A stretch of DNA of 64,000 bases from Bacteroidales bacterium. GTDB taxonomy: Bacteria > Bacteroidota > Bacteroidia > Bacteroidales > G3-4614. The position numbers and the translations under genes are program-made. Numbering within the stretch: the stretch's first letter is position 1; every line of letters starts with the position of its first letter. The notes under the pieces were generated by a model. It searched no databases. It was not told the DNA's origin and saw only the letters and a program-made list of their open reading frames with translations. Shown here piece by piece: positions 26,336 through 35,021 of this stretch. The stretch lies in NCBI GenBank assembly GCA_036656055.1, contig JAVVOY010000006.1, positions 890 through 64,889 on the forward strand, in the 5' to 3' direction.

Positions 26336-28351
26336 ATGGAACTTGACATTGTAAAGAACGATCCTTGGCTTTCTCCGTTTTCTGCCGTAATAGAGAGGAG
26401 ACATGAGTTTATTGCCAATAAGGAGAGGGATCTGACAGGCGGTAAAATTTCACTTTCGGAATTTGCCGATGGGTATCTTTATTTTGGGCTTCACCGCGTT
26501 AAAGGCGGTGGATGGGTACTTAGGGAATGGGCGCCTAATGCAACGGAAATATTTTTGATAGGTCAATTTTCAGAATGGCGTGAAGCAGAGCGTTTTCGGC
26601 TTACGCGCAAGGATAATGGAGTATGGGAAATTAACCTGAATAAAGACGAACTACATCATGAAGATCTTTACAAACTCTCCATGCATTGGAACAGTGGGAG
26701 CGCAGAGCGTGTTCCGGCTTGGGCAACAAGAGTAGTTCAGGACGAAAAGACATATATATTTTCAGCTCAAGTATGGGACCCTGAAAAACCGTATAAATTT
26801 GCCAAGAAGAGTTTTACGCCAAAATCAGACCCATTGCTCATATACGAGTGCCATATAGGCATGGCACAAGAGGGTGAGAAGATAGGATCTTATGATGAAT
26901 TTAGGGAAAATATCCTTCCGCGTGTAATTGAGGGTGGCTACAATGCAATACAGATAATGGCCATACAAGAGCATCCGTATTATGGATCTTTCGGTTATCA
27001 TGTATCCAGCTTTTTCGCTGCTTCATCGCGCTTTGGAACGCCTGAACAGCTTAAGAAATTAGTTGATGAAGCGCACAAAAACGGAATCGCTGTAATAATG
27101 GATATTGTACATTCACATGCTGTAAAAAATGAAGTTGAGGGCTTGGGACGTTACGATGGGTCATATAATCAGTTCTTTTGTGAAGGAGAACGTCGAGAAC
27201 ACCCCGCATGGGACTCTTTATGCTTTGATTATGGTAAGAACGAAGTCTTGCACTTTCTGTTATCCAATTGTAAATACTGGTTAGAAGAGTACCGGTTTGA
27301 CGGATTCAGGTTTGACGGCGTTACATCAATGTTATATTACGATCACGGGCTGGGAAGACCCTTCTGTTGTTATGACGATTATTTTGACGGAGGACAGGAT
27401 GAGAGTGCCATAGCTTATTTGGCACTTGCAAACCGTGTTATACATGAAGTTAACCCTAAATCAATAACTATCGCCGAGGAGATGAGCGGAATGCCGGGTT
27501 TGGCAAACAGTATCAATGCCGGTGGACTTGGATTTGATTATCGTATGGCAATGGGTATTCCGGATTTTTGGATAAAGACAATAAAAGAGAAAAAAGATGA
27601 GGATTGGACCCCAACATCTATATATTGGGAGCTAACAAATCGTCGTTCAGATGAGAAGACTGTAAATTACGCTGAAAGCCATGATCAGGCTCTTGTAGGT
27701 GATAAAACTATAATTTTCCGTCTTATGGATGACCAGATGTACTGGCACATGAGTAAGGGTGATAATAATATGATTATTGAGCGAGGAGAGGCATTGCACA
27801 AAATGGTACGACTTGTCACTCTTGCAACCAACGGTGGCGCATACCTTAATTTTATGGGTAACGAATTCGGTCACCCGGAGTGGATAGACTTCCCGCGGCA
27901 AGGAAACGGATGGTCATACAAGTATGCACGCCGTCAATGGAGTTTAGTAGATAGGGAAGATTTGAAATATTCATACCTTAACGCCTTTGACAAGGCTATG
28001 ATTGGAACAGTAAAAAATATGTCGCATTTTTCCTCCTCCCCAATAACAAAAATTTGGGATAATGATGGAGACCAGATATTGGCTTTTATGCGCAAAGAGT
28101 TATTATTCGTATTTAATTTCAATCCCTTAAAATCATTTACCGATTACGGAATGCTTGTCCCCAAAGGAAGTTATACGATGGAGCTTGACAGTGATTCGCC
28201 ATGTTTTGGAGGGTTTGGTCGTGTTGATGACACGATAGCTCATTTTACAAATTTCGATCCTCTTTATAAGAACGATAACAAAGAATGGATTAAACTTTAC
28301 CTGCCGGCAAGAACGGCTATGGTACTTAAATTAATAAAGATAAAAAGGTAG
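26336..28351 (+). CDS. glgB: 1,4-alpha-glucan branching enzyme (GH13, eukaryote-like subfamily)
   Basis: 671 aa. The conserved GH13 regions VIMDIVHSHA, GFRFDGVTSM, IAEEMSG and YAESHDQ are all present. Confidence 0.93.
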   Translation: MELDIVKNDPWLSPFSAVIERRHEFIANKERDLTGGKISLSEFADGYLYFGLHRVKGGGWVLREWAPNATEIFLIGQFSEWREAERFRLTRKDNGVWEINLNKDELHHEDLYKLSMHWNSGSAERVPAWATRVVQDEKTYIFSAQVWDPEKPYKFAKKSFTPKSDPLLIYECHIGMAQEGEKIGSYDEFRENILPRVIEGGYNAIQIMAIQEHPYYGSFGYHVSSFFAASSRFGTPEQLKKLVDEAHKNGIAVIMDIVHSHAVKNEVEGLGRYDGSYNQFFCEGERREHPAWDSLCFDYGKNEVLHFLLSNCKYWLEEYRFDGFRFDGVTSMLYYDHGLGRPFCCYDDYFDGGQDESAIAYLALANRVIHEVNPKSITIAEEMSGMPGLANSINAGGLGFDYRMAMGIPDFWIKTIKEKKDEDWTPTSIYWELTNRRSDEKTVNYAESHDQALVGDKTIIFRLMDDQMYWHMSKGDNNMIIERGEALHKMVRLVTLATNGGAYLNFMGNEFGHPEWIDFPRQGNGWSYKYARRQWSLVDREDLKYSYLNAFDKAMIGTVKNMSHFSSSPITKIWDNDGDQILAFMRKELLFVFNFNPLKSFTDYGMLVPKGSYTMELDSDSPCFGGFGRVDDTIAHFTNFDPLYKNDNKEWIKLYLPARTAMVLKLIKIKR

Positions 28352-31237
28352 ATGGAACAGACTGAGTATAGAGGCCTGACTCCTGCGCAAGTTGAAGACA
28401 GCAGGGCAAAAAATGGAAATAATCTTATAACCCCAGCAAAAAAAACCTCCATGTGGAGGCTCTTTTTTGAGAAATTTAATGATCCGATAATAAGAATTTT
28501 GATTGCCGCAGCAGTCGTCTCCTTAGGGATATCTTTAGTAGAAGGAGGATTTGAAGAACCGATAGGTATATTTTCGGCAATAATTCTGGCAACCGGAATA
28601 TCATTTTATTTTGAGCGGGATGCGAGTAAGAAGTTTGAGATACTTACTAAGGTGAATGATGACAATCCTGTGCGTGTCATGCGCGATGGTAAGATAACAG
28701 AAATACCCAAACGCGATATTGTTGTTGGTGATATAATAATGATAGAAGCCGGAGATGAAATTCCTGCAGATGGATTACTTCTTAAAGCCATGTCATTACA
28801 AATAGACGAATCGACACTTACAGGGGAGTTGATGATAGAGAAGACGGTTGATCCAGAGGATTTTGATAAGGAGGCAACCTATCCATCAAATATGGTGCTG
28901 CGCGGGACAGCTGTCCTTGACGGACACGGTATAATGCAGGTAGAAAAAGTAGGAGATGCAACTCAGTACGGTCAAGTTGCCAAGAATGCTACGCGTACAG
29001 TTGAGGAGGAGACACCGTTGAACCGTCAACTTACGAATCTTGCCGGTCTTATAAGCGGAGTGGCTGTGGTGTTGGGAGTATTCACCTTTTTTATAATGGT
29101 TTTAAAAGAGATACAATCTGCGCCAATAGGAAGTGTTACAACACAACATAAAATTATGCTGACCTCGTTGTTAGTATTCCTTATGATAGCCATGTCGCGA
29201 GTATTTTTGCCTGCAATATTACGGACTCTCTCTATTTTTAAAATAAAAGCCGAAAAATTAAATAAACTCTGTTCGCGTAGTTGGACGTTTTTTACCATTT
29301 TAGCGTTGGTCGTTGCAGCAATAATCTATGTTGGAGTTTCACTTTTCACAGGTTTTGTTTCGCCATTAAGTTCCGAAGCTTGGCTTGATGTAAACATAAT
29401 AAAACATATTGTAGATGCCTTTATGGTTGCTGTTACACTAATTGTAGTAGTTGTTCCTGAAGGTCTGCCAATGAGCATAACGTTGAGTCTTGCACTTAAT
29501 ATGCGCAGGATGCTTAAAACTAATAACCTTGTGCGTAAAATACATGCTTCTGAAACAATGGGAGCAACAACCGTTATCTGCACCGATAAAACAGGAACAC
29601 TTACTCAAAACCGAATGTCTGTTGAATATCTTAAGTTATTTGCAACAACGGGAGGGAACATTGACAACAGCGAAAACAGCCGTATATTTACAGAAGGAAT
29701 AGCGACAAATACCACAGCACAACTCGGTACGGATGTCAACGGAAATACCTCTGCATTGGGGAACCCAACTGAGGGCGCATTGCTTAATTTCCTGCGTGAT
29801 AATAGTGTAGATTATCGTCCATTGCGCAATTCTGTCGAAGTTCATAAACAGCTTACATTCTCTACACAGCGCAAATATATGGCAACCTTAGTGAGGTCTG
29901 CCGTAACCGGTGCTAATATGCTTTATCTGAAAGGAGCACCAGAAATTATAACAGGGAAATGCACAAGTGTGCTTACACCATCTGGAGTAGATGCCATAGA
30001 CGGATATAGAGGGGGTGTATCGACAGAATTGGCGGAGTTCCAAAACAAAGCCATGCGGACACTTGCATTTGCATACAAAAATGTTGCAGATGACGATAAC
30101 CGTCCAATAGAGGAGCTTGCCGAAAGTGGTTTGATATTTTTAGGTTTTGTAGCTATATCCGATCCTATACGACAGGATGTTCCGGCTGCCGTTCAACGTT
30201 GTATAAATGCCGGCGTAAAAGTGAAGATAGTTACCGGAGATACATCGGCTACCGCACGCGAGATAGGACGGCAGATAGGTATATGGTGCAGCACAGATAC
30301 GGATGAAAATATAATTGCCGGCAGTGATTTTGAGGCACTCTCTGACGAAGAGGCTTTTGAACGCGCAAAGAAACTTAAAATAATGTGCCGCGCGCGCCCA
30401 ACCGATAAACAGCGTCTTGTACAGCTTTTGCAAAAAGCAGGTGAAGTTGTGGCAGTAACAGGAGATGGAACCAATGATGCTCCAGCGTTGAATCAGGCAC
30501 ACGTGGGGCTGTCTATGGGGACAGGCACGGCAGTTGCAAAAGAGGCGAGCGATATAACGCTTTTGGACGACTCATTCAGCAGTATAGCGATGGCTGTAAT
30601 GTGGGGACGATCACTTTACCGCAATATACAACGTTTCATGCTGTTTCAGCTTACCGTAAATATTGTGGCATTGGCAGTGGTTTTTATAGGTGTGTTGTTT
30701 GCTTCAGAACCGCCACTTACAGTGATGCAAATGCTTTGGGTAAATATAATAATGGATACGTTTGCAGCAATGGCTTTTGCATCAATACGTCCTGAAAATA
30801 ACGTTATGAAGGAGACTCCGCGCAAGAACTCTGATTTCATAATAAACAAGACCATGTTCCACCGTATGCTTGCAACATCTGCCGTATTTGTTACAGTCCT
30901 ACTCGGTATGTTAGCAGGATTTATTACTACCGGCACCGTTAATAATTATAATATGACACTCTTTTTTACAGTTTTTGTAATGATGCAGTTTGTTAATATG
31001 TTTTTTGTTCGCGGGTATGCGGCAAAGCGTGAAAAAGGCGATAGTTTGAAGAACATATATCCGATACCATTTCTACTTGTAGCTTTTCTTATATTTGCCG
31101 GACAGATATTGATAGTGCAGTTTGGAGGCGAAGCCTTCCGCGTTGAACCGCTTACGCTTGGCACATGGGGTTGGATAACACTTTGCGTAGCAGTAGCATT
31201 AGGTATAGACTTTGTGGTAAAAGTGTTTAAAAAGTAA
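28352..31237 (+). CDS. Calcium-translocating P-type ATPase (P2 type, PMCA/SERCA-like)
   Basis: 961 aa. TGE (TLTGEL), phosphorylation site CTDKTGTLT, PEGLP in M4, KGAPE, TGDTSATA and hinge TGDGTNDAPAL. The ATG directly abuts the glgB stop. Confidence 0.93.
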   Translation: MEQTEYRGLTPAQVEDSRAKNGNNLITPAKKTSMWRLFFEKFNDPIIRILIAAAVVSLGISLVEGGFEEPIGIFSAIILATGISFYFERDASKKFEILTKVNDDNPVRVMRDGKITEIPKRDIVVGDIIMIEAGDEIPADGLLLKAMSLQIDESTLTGELMIEKTVDPEDFDKEATYPSNMVLRGTAVLDGHGIMQVEKVGDATQYGQVAKNATRTVEEETPLNRQLTNLAGLISGVAVVLGVFTFFIMVLKEIQSAPIGSVTTQHKIMLTSLLVFLMIAMSRVFLPAILRTLSIFKIKAEKLNKLCSRSWTFFTILALVVAAIIYVGVSLFTGFVSPLSSEAWLDVNIIKHIVDAFMVAVTLIVVVVPEGLPMSITLSLALNMRRMLKTNNLVRKIHASETMGATTVICTDKTGTLTQNRMSVEYLKLFATTGGNIDNSENSRIFTEGIATNTTAQLGTDVNGNTSALGNPTEGALLNFLRDNSVDYRPLRNSVEVHKQLTFSTQRKYMATLVRSAVTGANMLYLKGAPEIITGKCTSVLTPSGVDAIDGYRGGVSTELAEFQNKAMRTLAFAYKNVADDDNRPIEELAESGLIFLGFVAISDPIRQDVPAAVQRCINAGVKVKIVTGDTSATAREIGRQIGIWCSTDTDENIIAGSDFEALSDEEAFERAKKLKIMCRARPTDKQRLVQLLQKAGEVVAVTGDGTNDAPALNQAHVGLSMGTGTAVAKEASDITLLDDSFSSIAMAVMWGRSLYRNIQRFMLFQLTVNIVALAVVFIGVLFASEPPLTVMQMLWVNIIMDTFAAMAFASIRPENNVMKETPRKNSDFIINKTMFHRMLATSAVFVTVLLGMLAGFITTGTVNNYNMTLFFTVFVMMQFVNMFFVRGYAAKREKGDSLKNIYPIPFLLVAFLIFAGQILIVQFGGEAFRVEPLTLGTWGWITLCVAVALGIDFVVKVFKK

Positions 31238-31266
31238 TGTCTTTATAAAAAAAAAGGATATACTTT

Positions 31267-31352
31267 AAAAAACCAGAACATCTCCTGTTCCTATTTGTTA
31301 TACAATAAAAAGTACAACAATTATGGGATTTCAAGAGGTGTTCTGGTTTTTT
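31267..31352 (+). other. Long-range RNA helix enclosing the micro-ORF start; possible unusual terminator of the ATPase gene
   Basis: aaaaaaccagaacatctc (31267-31284) pairs with gaggtgttctggtttttt (31335-31352) over 18 bp with one G-U pair. The 50-nt loop contains the ATG at 31323, and the 3' arm ends in T6. Confidence 0.5.
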
Positions 31353-31454
31353 ATGATTTTAGGCATTGTAATAGCTGCCGCATTAGCTTTTTTCGCCATT
31401 TCAAAGGCTGTTTCACGTCGTAAAATTACGAAGCGGCGCCGTAAGCATTACTAA
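31323..31454 (+). CDS. Unannotated 43-aa single-pass membrane peptide with a polybasic tail
   Basis: Own translation: MGFQEVFWFFMILGIVIAAALAFFAISKAVSRRKITKRRRKHY*. It is below the ORF-track length cutoff. One hydrophobic helix; 8 of the last 13 residues are Arg/Lys. The sequence looks locally GC-richer than the flanking spacer. Confidence 0.5.
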   Translation: MGFQEVFWFFMILGIVIAAALAFFAISKAVSRRKITKRRRKHY

Positions 31455-31609
31455 TCAAGATAAATCCTAATATCAAAAATACGGACGATTTACAGACAAA
31501 AAAGCGGAACAAAATAAAACAATGTATGGCAAAACAATCTGAACTAAACAGATATGCATAACATATAATGTTATATTAATAAGGATAATTGACTAGTAGG
31601 GAGTGGATG

Positions 31610-31654
31610 AAAAAACAGCTTCATAATGATTTTGGATAATCATTGTGAAACTGT
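31610..31654 (-). terminator. Rho-independent terminator downstream of tRNA-Arg
   Basis: 16-bp stem (31615-31630 / 31639-31654) with one mismatch and one G-U pair. It is followed on the minus strand by T5 (plus-strand A-run 31610-31614). Confidence 0.65.
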
Positions 31655-31659
31655 TTCTG

Positions 31660-31732
31660 TGACCCCGACGGGATTCAAACCCATGACCTTCAGAACCGGA
31701 ATCTGACGTTCTATTCACTAAACTACGGGGCC
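31660..31732 (-). tRNA. tRNA-Arg (anticodon CCG)
   Basis: The reverse complement ggccccgtagtttagtgaatagaacgtcagattCCGgttctgaaggtcatgggtttgaatcccgtcggggtca folds as a 73-nt cloverleaf. Confidence 0.88.
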
Positions 31733-31790
31733 ATATTAAAGAGATCCGATGATATTTGCATCGGCATATCTATTTTCTTTTGTAGCGGTA

Positions 31791-31798
31791 CAAAAGTA
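31791..31798 (-). promoter_or_regulatory. -7 box TACTTTTG (minus strand) upstream of tRNA-Arg
   Basis: Plus-strand caaaagta is TACTTTTG on the minus strand, 58 nt upstream of the mature tRNA 5' end. Confidence 0.35.
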
Positions 31799-31891
31799 TA
31801 TAAAAAATCATGAAATTCATAGTAATTATTGGGTCGCCGGGATATTTTTGTCACGTTTGTCCCCTTAATATTTTAAGTAGCGACTTATATT

Positions 31892-32401
31892 TCACTCTTC
31901 TGTCATTTTTGCCTTTTTACGTCTTGTTATTGAATAGGCATATTTTGGTAATAGAAACATGGGGACGGTAGCACCGGCAGCAAGCATAAATATTACGCTA
32001 CATGTGACCATAGTGTTTGAAAAGAACATCTCCATATATTTTGTCTTTTCTATCGGATCAGCCATTGTCTGTAAGAACATGAATTGTGAGAAAACCATAT
32101 TATAGGCGAACTTTCCCGGGATCATCGGCAGTAGTGCCGGGATGTAGAGTACTGTCATTGGACAGCGGGATTTTTTGCCCAACCACAGGCTACCAAATCC
32201 TATTAGTAGTGCGGATATCATAGAACTTGTGGCTATGTCTATTCCGGCAATGTTCATAAGACAGTAACGGCTGGCATGCCCTATTGCCGCTAGTAAAGCA
32301 ATATGGAGGAATGCCCTTACGGGAGGATTTGATATTGCACCGAATCCTATTCCGGCAATAGCTGCGAAAATAGCATCGGAGATAATTTCTGTTGTTATCA
32401 T
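31892..32401 (-). CDS. Threonine/serine exporter family protein (ThrE-like, small subunit)
   Basis: 169 aa with about five TM helices. Family-typical AAIAGIGFG..., and a 4-nt start/stop overlap with the DUF1212-type partner. Confidence 0.65.
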   Translation of the reverse strand: MITTEIISDAIFAAIAGIGFGAISNPPVRAFLHIALLAAIGHASRYCLMNIAGIDIATSSMISALLIGFGSLWLGKKSRCPMTVLYIPALLPMIPGKFAYNMVFSQFMFLQTMADPIEKTKYMEMFFSNTMVTCSVIFMLAAGATVPMFLLPKYAYSITRRKKAKMTEE

Positions 32402-33168
32402 AATAGGCCGTTTTTAACTAATAAAAGAGTGAATGATAGCCCTATGGCTATGCAGAATATCAGCAATGAGGCATGTACCAATCGGGAAAACCCGGAAAGG
32501 ATATGCCCCTCTACTATATCTATTACACCGTTTATAAGAGGTACTCCAGGTACAAGATAAAGTACACTTGTAGCTAAGGCTATCTCTGATGTGGTGTTGA
32601 ATGCCAATGCCGTTGATGCACACAGTGAGGCTATGAATGCTGACATTATAAATGTGATATAATGATTCACCATTCGTGATGCCATTTGCTGTTTTATTAA
32701 CATCCCGATAATTGTTGCTATAAACACTATTCCCATTGATAACCAGTCTCCACCGAACAGCCGGCAAAATGATGCGTTTGCAAATCCTGTCAAAATGAGT
32801 ACAAGCTGTGGATTTATTGCGGGGGCAGAGATTATTTTATTGTATTTATCGCGTAATTCTTCAATAGATAAATGATTATCGTATGCCTCCCAACTTAGTG
32901 CGCTCAGAGAAGAATTATGTTCAAAACTTATCGGTAGATTAGGAATATCTACAACTTCATTATATGATTCGTTATTCTCATTGTTGTGTAAAGCCAATAT
33001 AATACTCTTCTGAAAAATACTTATTTTTACCGTATAACCTAGTGCCTCACCAATGCGTTTTGTACTGCGAATAACTCTTGAAGTATGTACTCCGCAACCC
33101 ATCATGTGCGCGGAATAATCTTCGATAAATTTTCCTACTTCCAACAATAAGCTTTTTTTTTCACCCAT
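32398..33168 (-). CDS. Threonine/serine exporter family protein (DUF1212-type, large subunit)
   Basis: 256 aa. An N-terminal cytoplasmic region (GCGVHTSRVIRST.RIGEALGY) is followed by about five TM helices (...VPGVPLINGVIDI...), the typical ThrE N-terminal module. Confidence 0.7.
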   Translation of the reverse strand: MGEKKSLLLEVGKFIEDYSAHMMGCGVHTSRVIRSTKRIGEALGYTVKISIFQKSIILALHNNENNESYNEVVDIPNLPISFEHNSSLSALSWEAYDNHLSIEELRDKYNKIISAPAINPQLVLILTGFANASFCRLFGGDWLSMGIVFIATIIGMLIKQQMASRMVNHYITFIMSAFIASLCASTALAFNTTSEIALATSVLYLVPGVPLINGVIDIVEGHILSGFSRLVHASLLIFCIAIGLSFTLLLVKNGLL

Positions 33169-33202
33169 TAGTTCATCTTTTACCTTTACCTGAAAACGGA
33201 TG

Positions 33203-33210
33203 CAAAAGTA
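33203..33210 (-). promoter_or_regulatory. -7 box TACTTTTG (minus strand) for the thrE-like operon
   Basis: Plus-strand caaaagta is TACTTTTG on the minus strand, 34 nt upstream of the ATG at 33168. Confidence 0.45.
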
Positions 33211-33419
33211 TATAAAAGTTCAGTAGAATAAATCTATCGGGTCTCTTTTTTATATGAAGTAACTATGCACTCTGTTTGTTGTGTGGGACAATGATCTGTA
33301 ATTGAGGATGTCCTCAATTTATTTTTTAATCCGGCTCTATTAAAATAGCATAACTGATTGTTTGCGTAACGGAAGTATGTGAGAATAATATTGTATATTA
33401 ATTGTAGATGTTTTGTTTT

Positions 33420-34802
33420 TTAATAGTTTTCGCAACAAAGAGTAATACCAAGAATATTGTCGTTATCGGGGGTGTATCTGCTACGTATCCGCCACTCCTG
33501 TGGGTAAAGGTTATTAGCTCTTGTTCCTACACATTTTATCCAACCGAGCGGTCTACCTAAAAAAGTTACTATTCTGTACTCGTGTTGGATATTTGGCAAA
33601 GTAAGCGATTCACGGCGCAAATACGAGCGTGCCTCGGCAAGTGATAGAGGCATTGAGTCTGATGCGTCAGAATTAAAAGCAGAGGAGAGAGCTAACGACT
33701 GATGTGGCTGTAAATTACCTCCTTTACAAGATGCAACGGCTATTCCATAATGCAGAATATTCATCCCCGCAAGGAGTTGCATATTTGTGCTAAACTCTAG
33801 AGGCAGAGCAAAAACAGTATCATTATATAGTGTATAATCATAATGTTTTGGATTTTGAATATACCTTTTTATCTCTTCAGTAATTTTTGCCTTTTCGGCT
33901 TTTTTAAATTTAGGCTTATATGGCATATACGTTTCGTTTTTAGGCTTACGCAGAATAGTTACAGAAAATCCCTCGCCAATAGTTCTCTGTGGCATAAAAC
34001 GATAAAACGGAATATCGCCTTTCAGTTGTGGCATTATACACCATGACTCAGGCAGATCAAGTACAGGCAACGGTTCTGCACCGAAAGTTTCATGTATATC
34101 TTCAGTCTCTGTGATATTCTCCGTACATGTACTGTCTACGAGTACTCCACCGGGGCGTAATGCACTCCATACGTTTGAAAGTATAGATTTCGGTCTTGTC
34201 GCGCATGCTAAGACGCCCTGTTTTGACCATTGGGCTAAAGCATCCGGTTCTTTACGGAACATCCCCTCGCCTGAACATGGAGCATCTACAAGAATAACAT
34301 CGAATGAATGTTGCAAGCGTCCATAATCGGTTGGAGTATTGTTTGTAACGGCACAATTCGTATAGCCCCACTTCATAATATTCTCGGCAAGAATATTTGC
34401 TCTCGATGCAACATACTCATTGCTTACCACAAAACTTCCTTCAGGGAGAGTAGAGAGGGCTAATGTCGTCTTGCCACCTGGGGCTGCGCAGAGATCAAGC
34501 ACTGATACGGGGTCTTTAATCAACTCTTTCAGAATATGTCCTACGAACATTGATGAAGCTTCCTGCACATAGTACAGCCCGGCATGAAATAGGGGATCGA
34601 ACGTGAAAGGGATGCGCTCTTTTAGATATGCCCCTTCACCTAACCACGGCACAGGCTCCGATTTTTTTGTGGGACAGCAGCATTTCAGAGGGTTAATTCT
34701 TACCGAGACAGGAGGGGGAGTATCTAAAGCCGAAGCGAAACGCAAATATTCGTCCCCAAGCAACCGTTGCATCCCCGATATAAAATCAAGAGGTAAATTC
34801 AT
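33420..34802 (-). CDS. NOL1/NOP2/Sun family rRNA (cytosine-C5)-methyltransferase, RsmF-like
   Basis: 460 aa. SAM-binding motif DLCAAPGGKT, catalytic DAPCSGEGMFRK, and a second Cys motif region (VDSTCT). Confidence 0.85.
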   Translation of the reverse strand: MNLPLDFISGMQRLLGDEYLRFASALDTPPPVSVRINPLKCCCPTKKSEPVPWLGEGAYLKERIPFTFDPLFHAGLYYVQEASSMFVGHILKELIKDPVSVLDLCAAPGGKTTLALSTLPEGSFVVSNEYVASRANILAENIMKWGYTNCAVTNNTPTDYGRLQHSFDVILVDAPCSGEGMFRKEPDALAQWSKQGVLACATRPKSILSNVWSALRPGGVLVDSTCTENITETEDIHETFGAEPLPVLDLPESWCIMPQLKGDIPFYRFMPQRTIGEGFSVTILRKPKNETYMPYKPKFKKAEKAKITEEIKRYIQNPKHYDYTLYNDTVFALPLEFSTNMQLLAGMNILHYGIAVASCKGGNLQPHQSLALSSAFNSDASDSMPLSLAEARSYLRRESLTLPNIQHEYRIVTFLGRPLGWIKCVGTRANNLYPQEWRIRSRYTPDNDNILGITLCCENY

Positions 34803-34809
34803 ATTTTAG

Positions 34810-34817
34810 CAAAAGTA
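34810..34817 (-). promoter_or_regulatory. -7 box TACTTTTG (minus strand), 7 nt upstream of the RsmF-like ATG
   Basis: The minus-strand reading is TACTTTTGctaaaatATG. A second TACTTTTG occurs further upstream near 34895-34905. Confidence 0.5.
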
Positions 34818-34988
34818 TTTGTTGTCATAAGTAAAGATATTACAATCCGGATGCAGAAGCATCATCTGTTTTTGTGTGAAACCCTACCTATTTAAAGCAA
34901 AAGTACTGAATTTTTACGTACTGTCAAACAATTTGCCAGATTAAAGAAAAAAATCTTTAATAAATGCTTGTATTATTTTAAAATATTA

Positions 34989-34996
34989 TACCTTTG
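34989..34996 (+). promoter_or_regulatory. -7 box TACCTTTG for the nqr operon
   Basis: tacctttg matches TAnnTTTG, 25 nt upstream of the ATG at 35022. Confidence 0.5.
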
Positions 34997-35021
34997 TGCT
35001 CGGAAAAATCCGTTATGTAAT

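Noticed and set aside
28606-31164. Series of 60-120-aa ORFs on both strands inside the Ca-ATPase gene (and similar ones inside metH, glgB, nqr genes, the TonB receptor and the GH85-like gene)
   Set aside because: All are nested in long CDSs carrying canonical motifs, and none shows a recognisable domain. I treat them as spurious.
33299-33328. Hairpin aattgagga/tcctcaatt followed by TATTTTTT between the rsmF-like and thrE-like genes
   Set aside because: The T-run is on the plus strand, whereas both flanking genes are on the minus strand. The loop is only 2-4 nt. Its function as a terminator for either gene is doubtful, so I did not list it as a feature.
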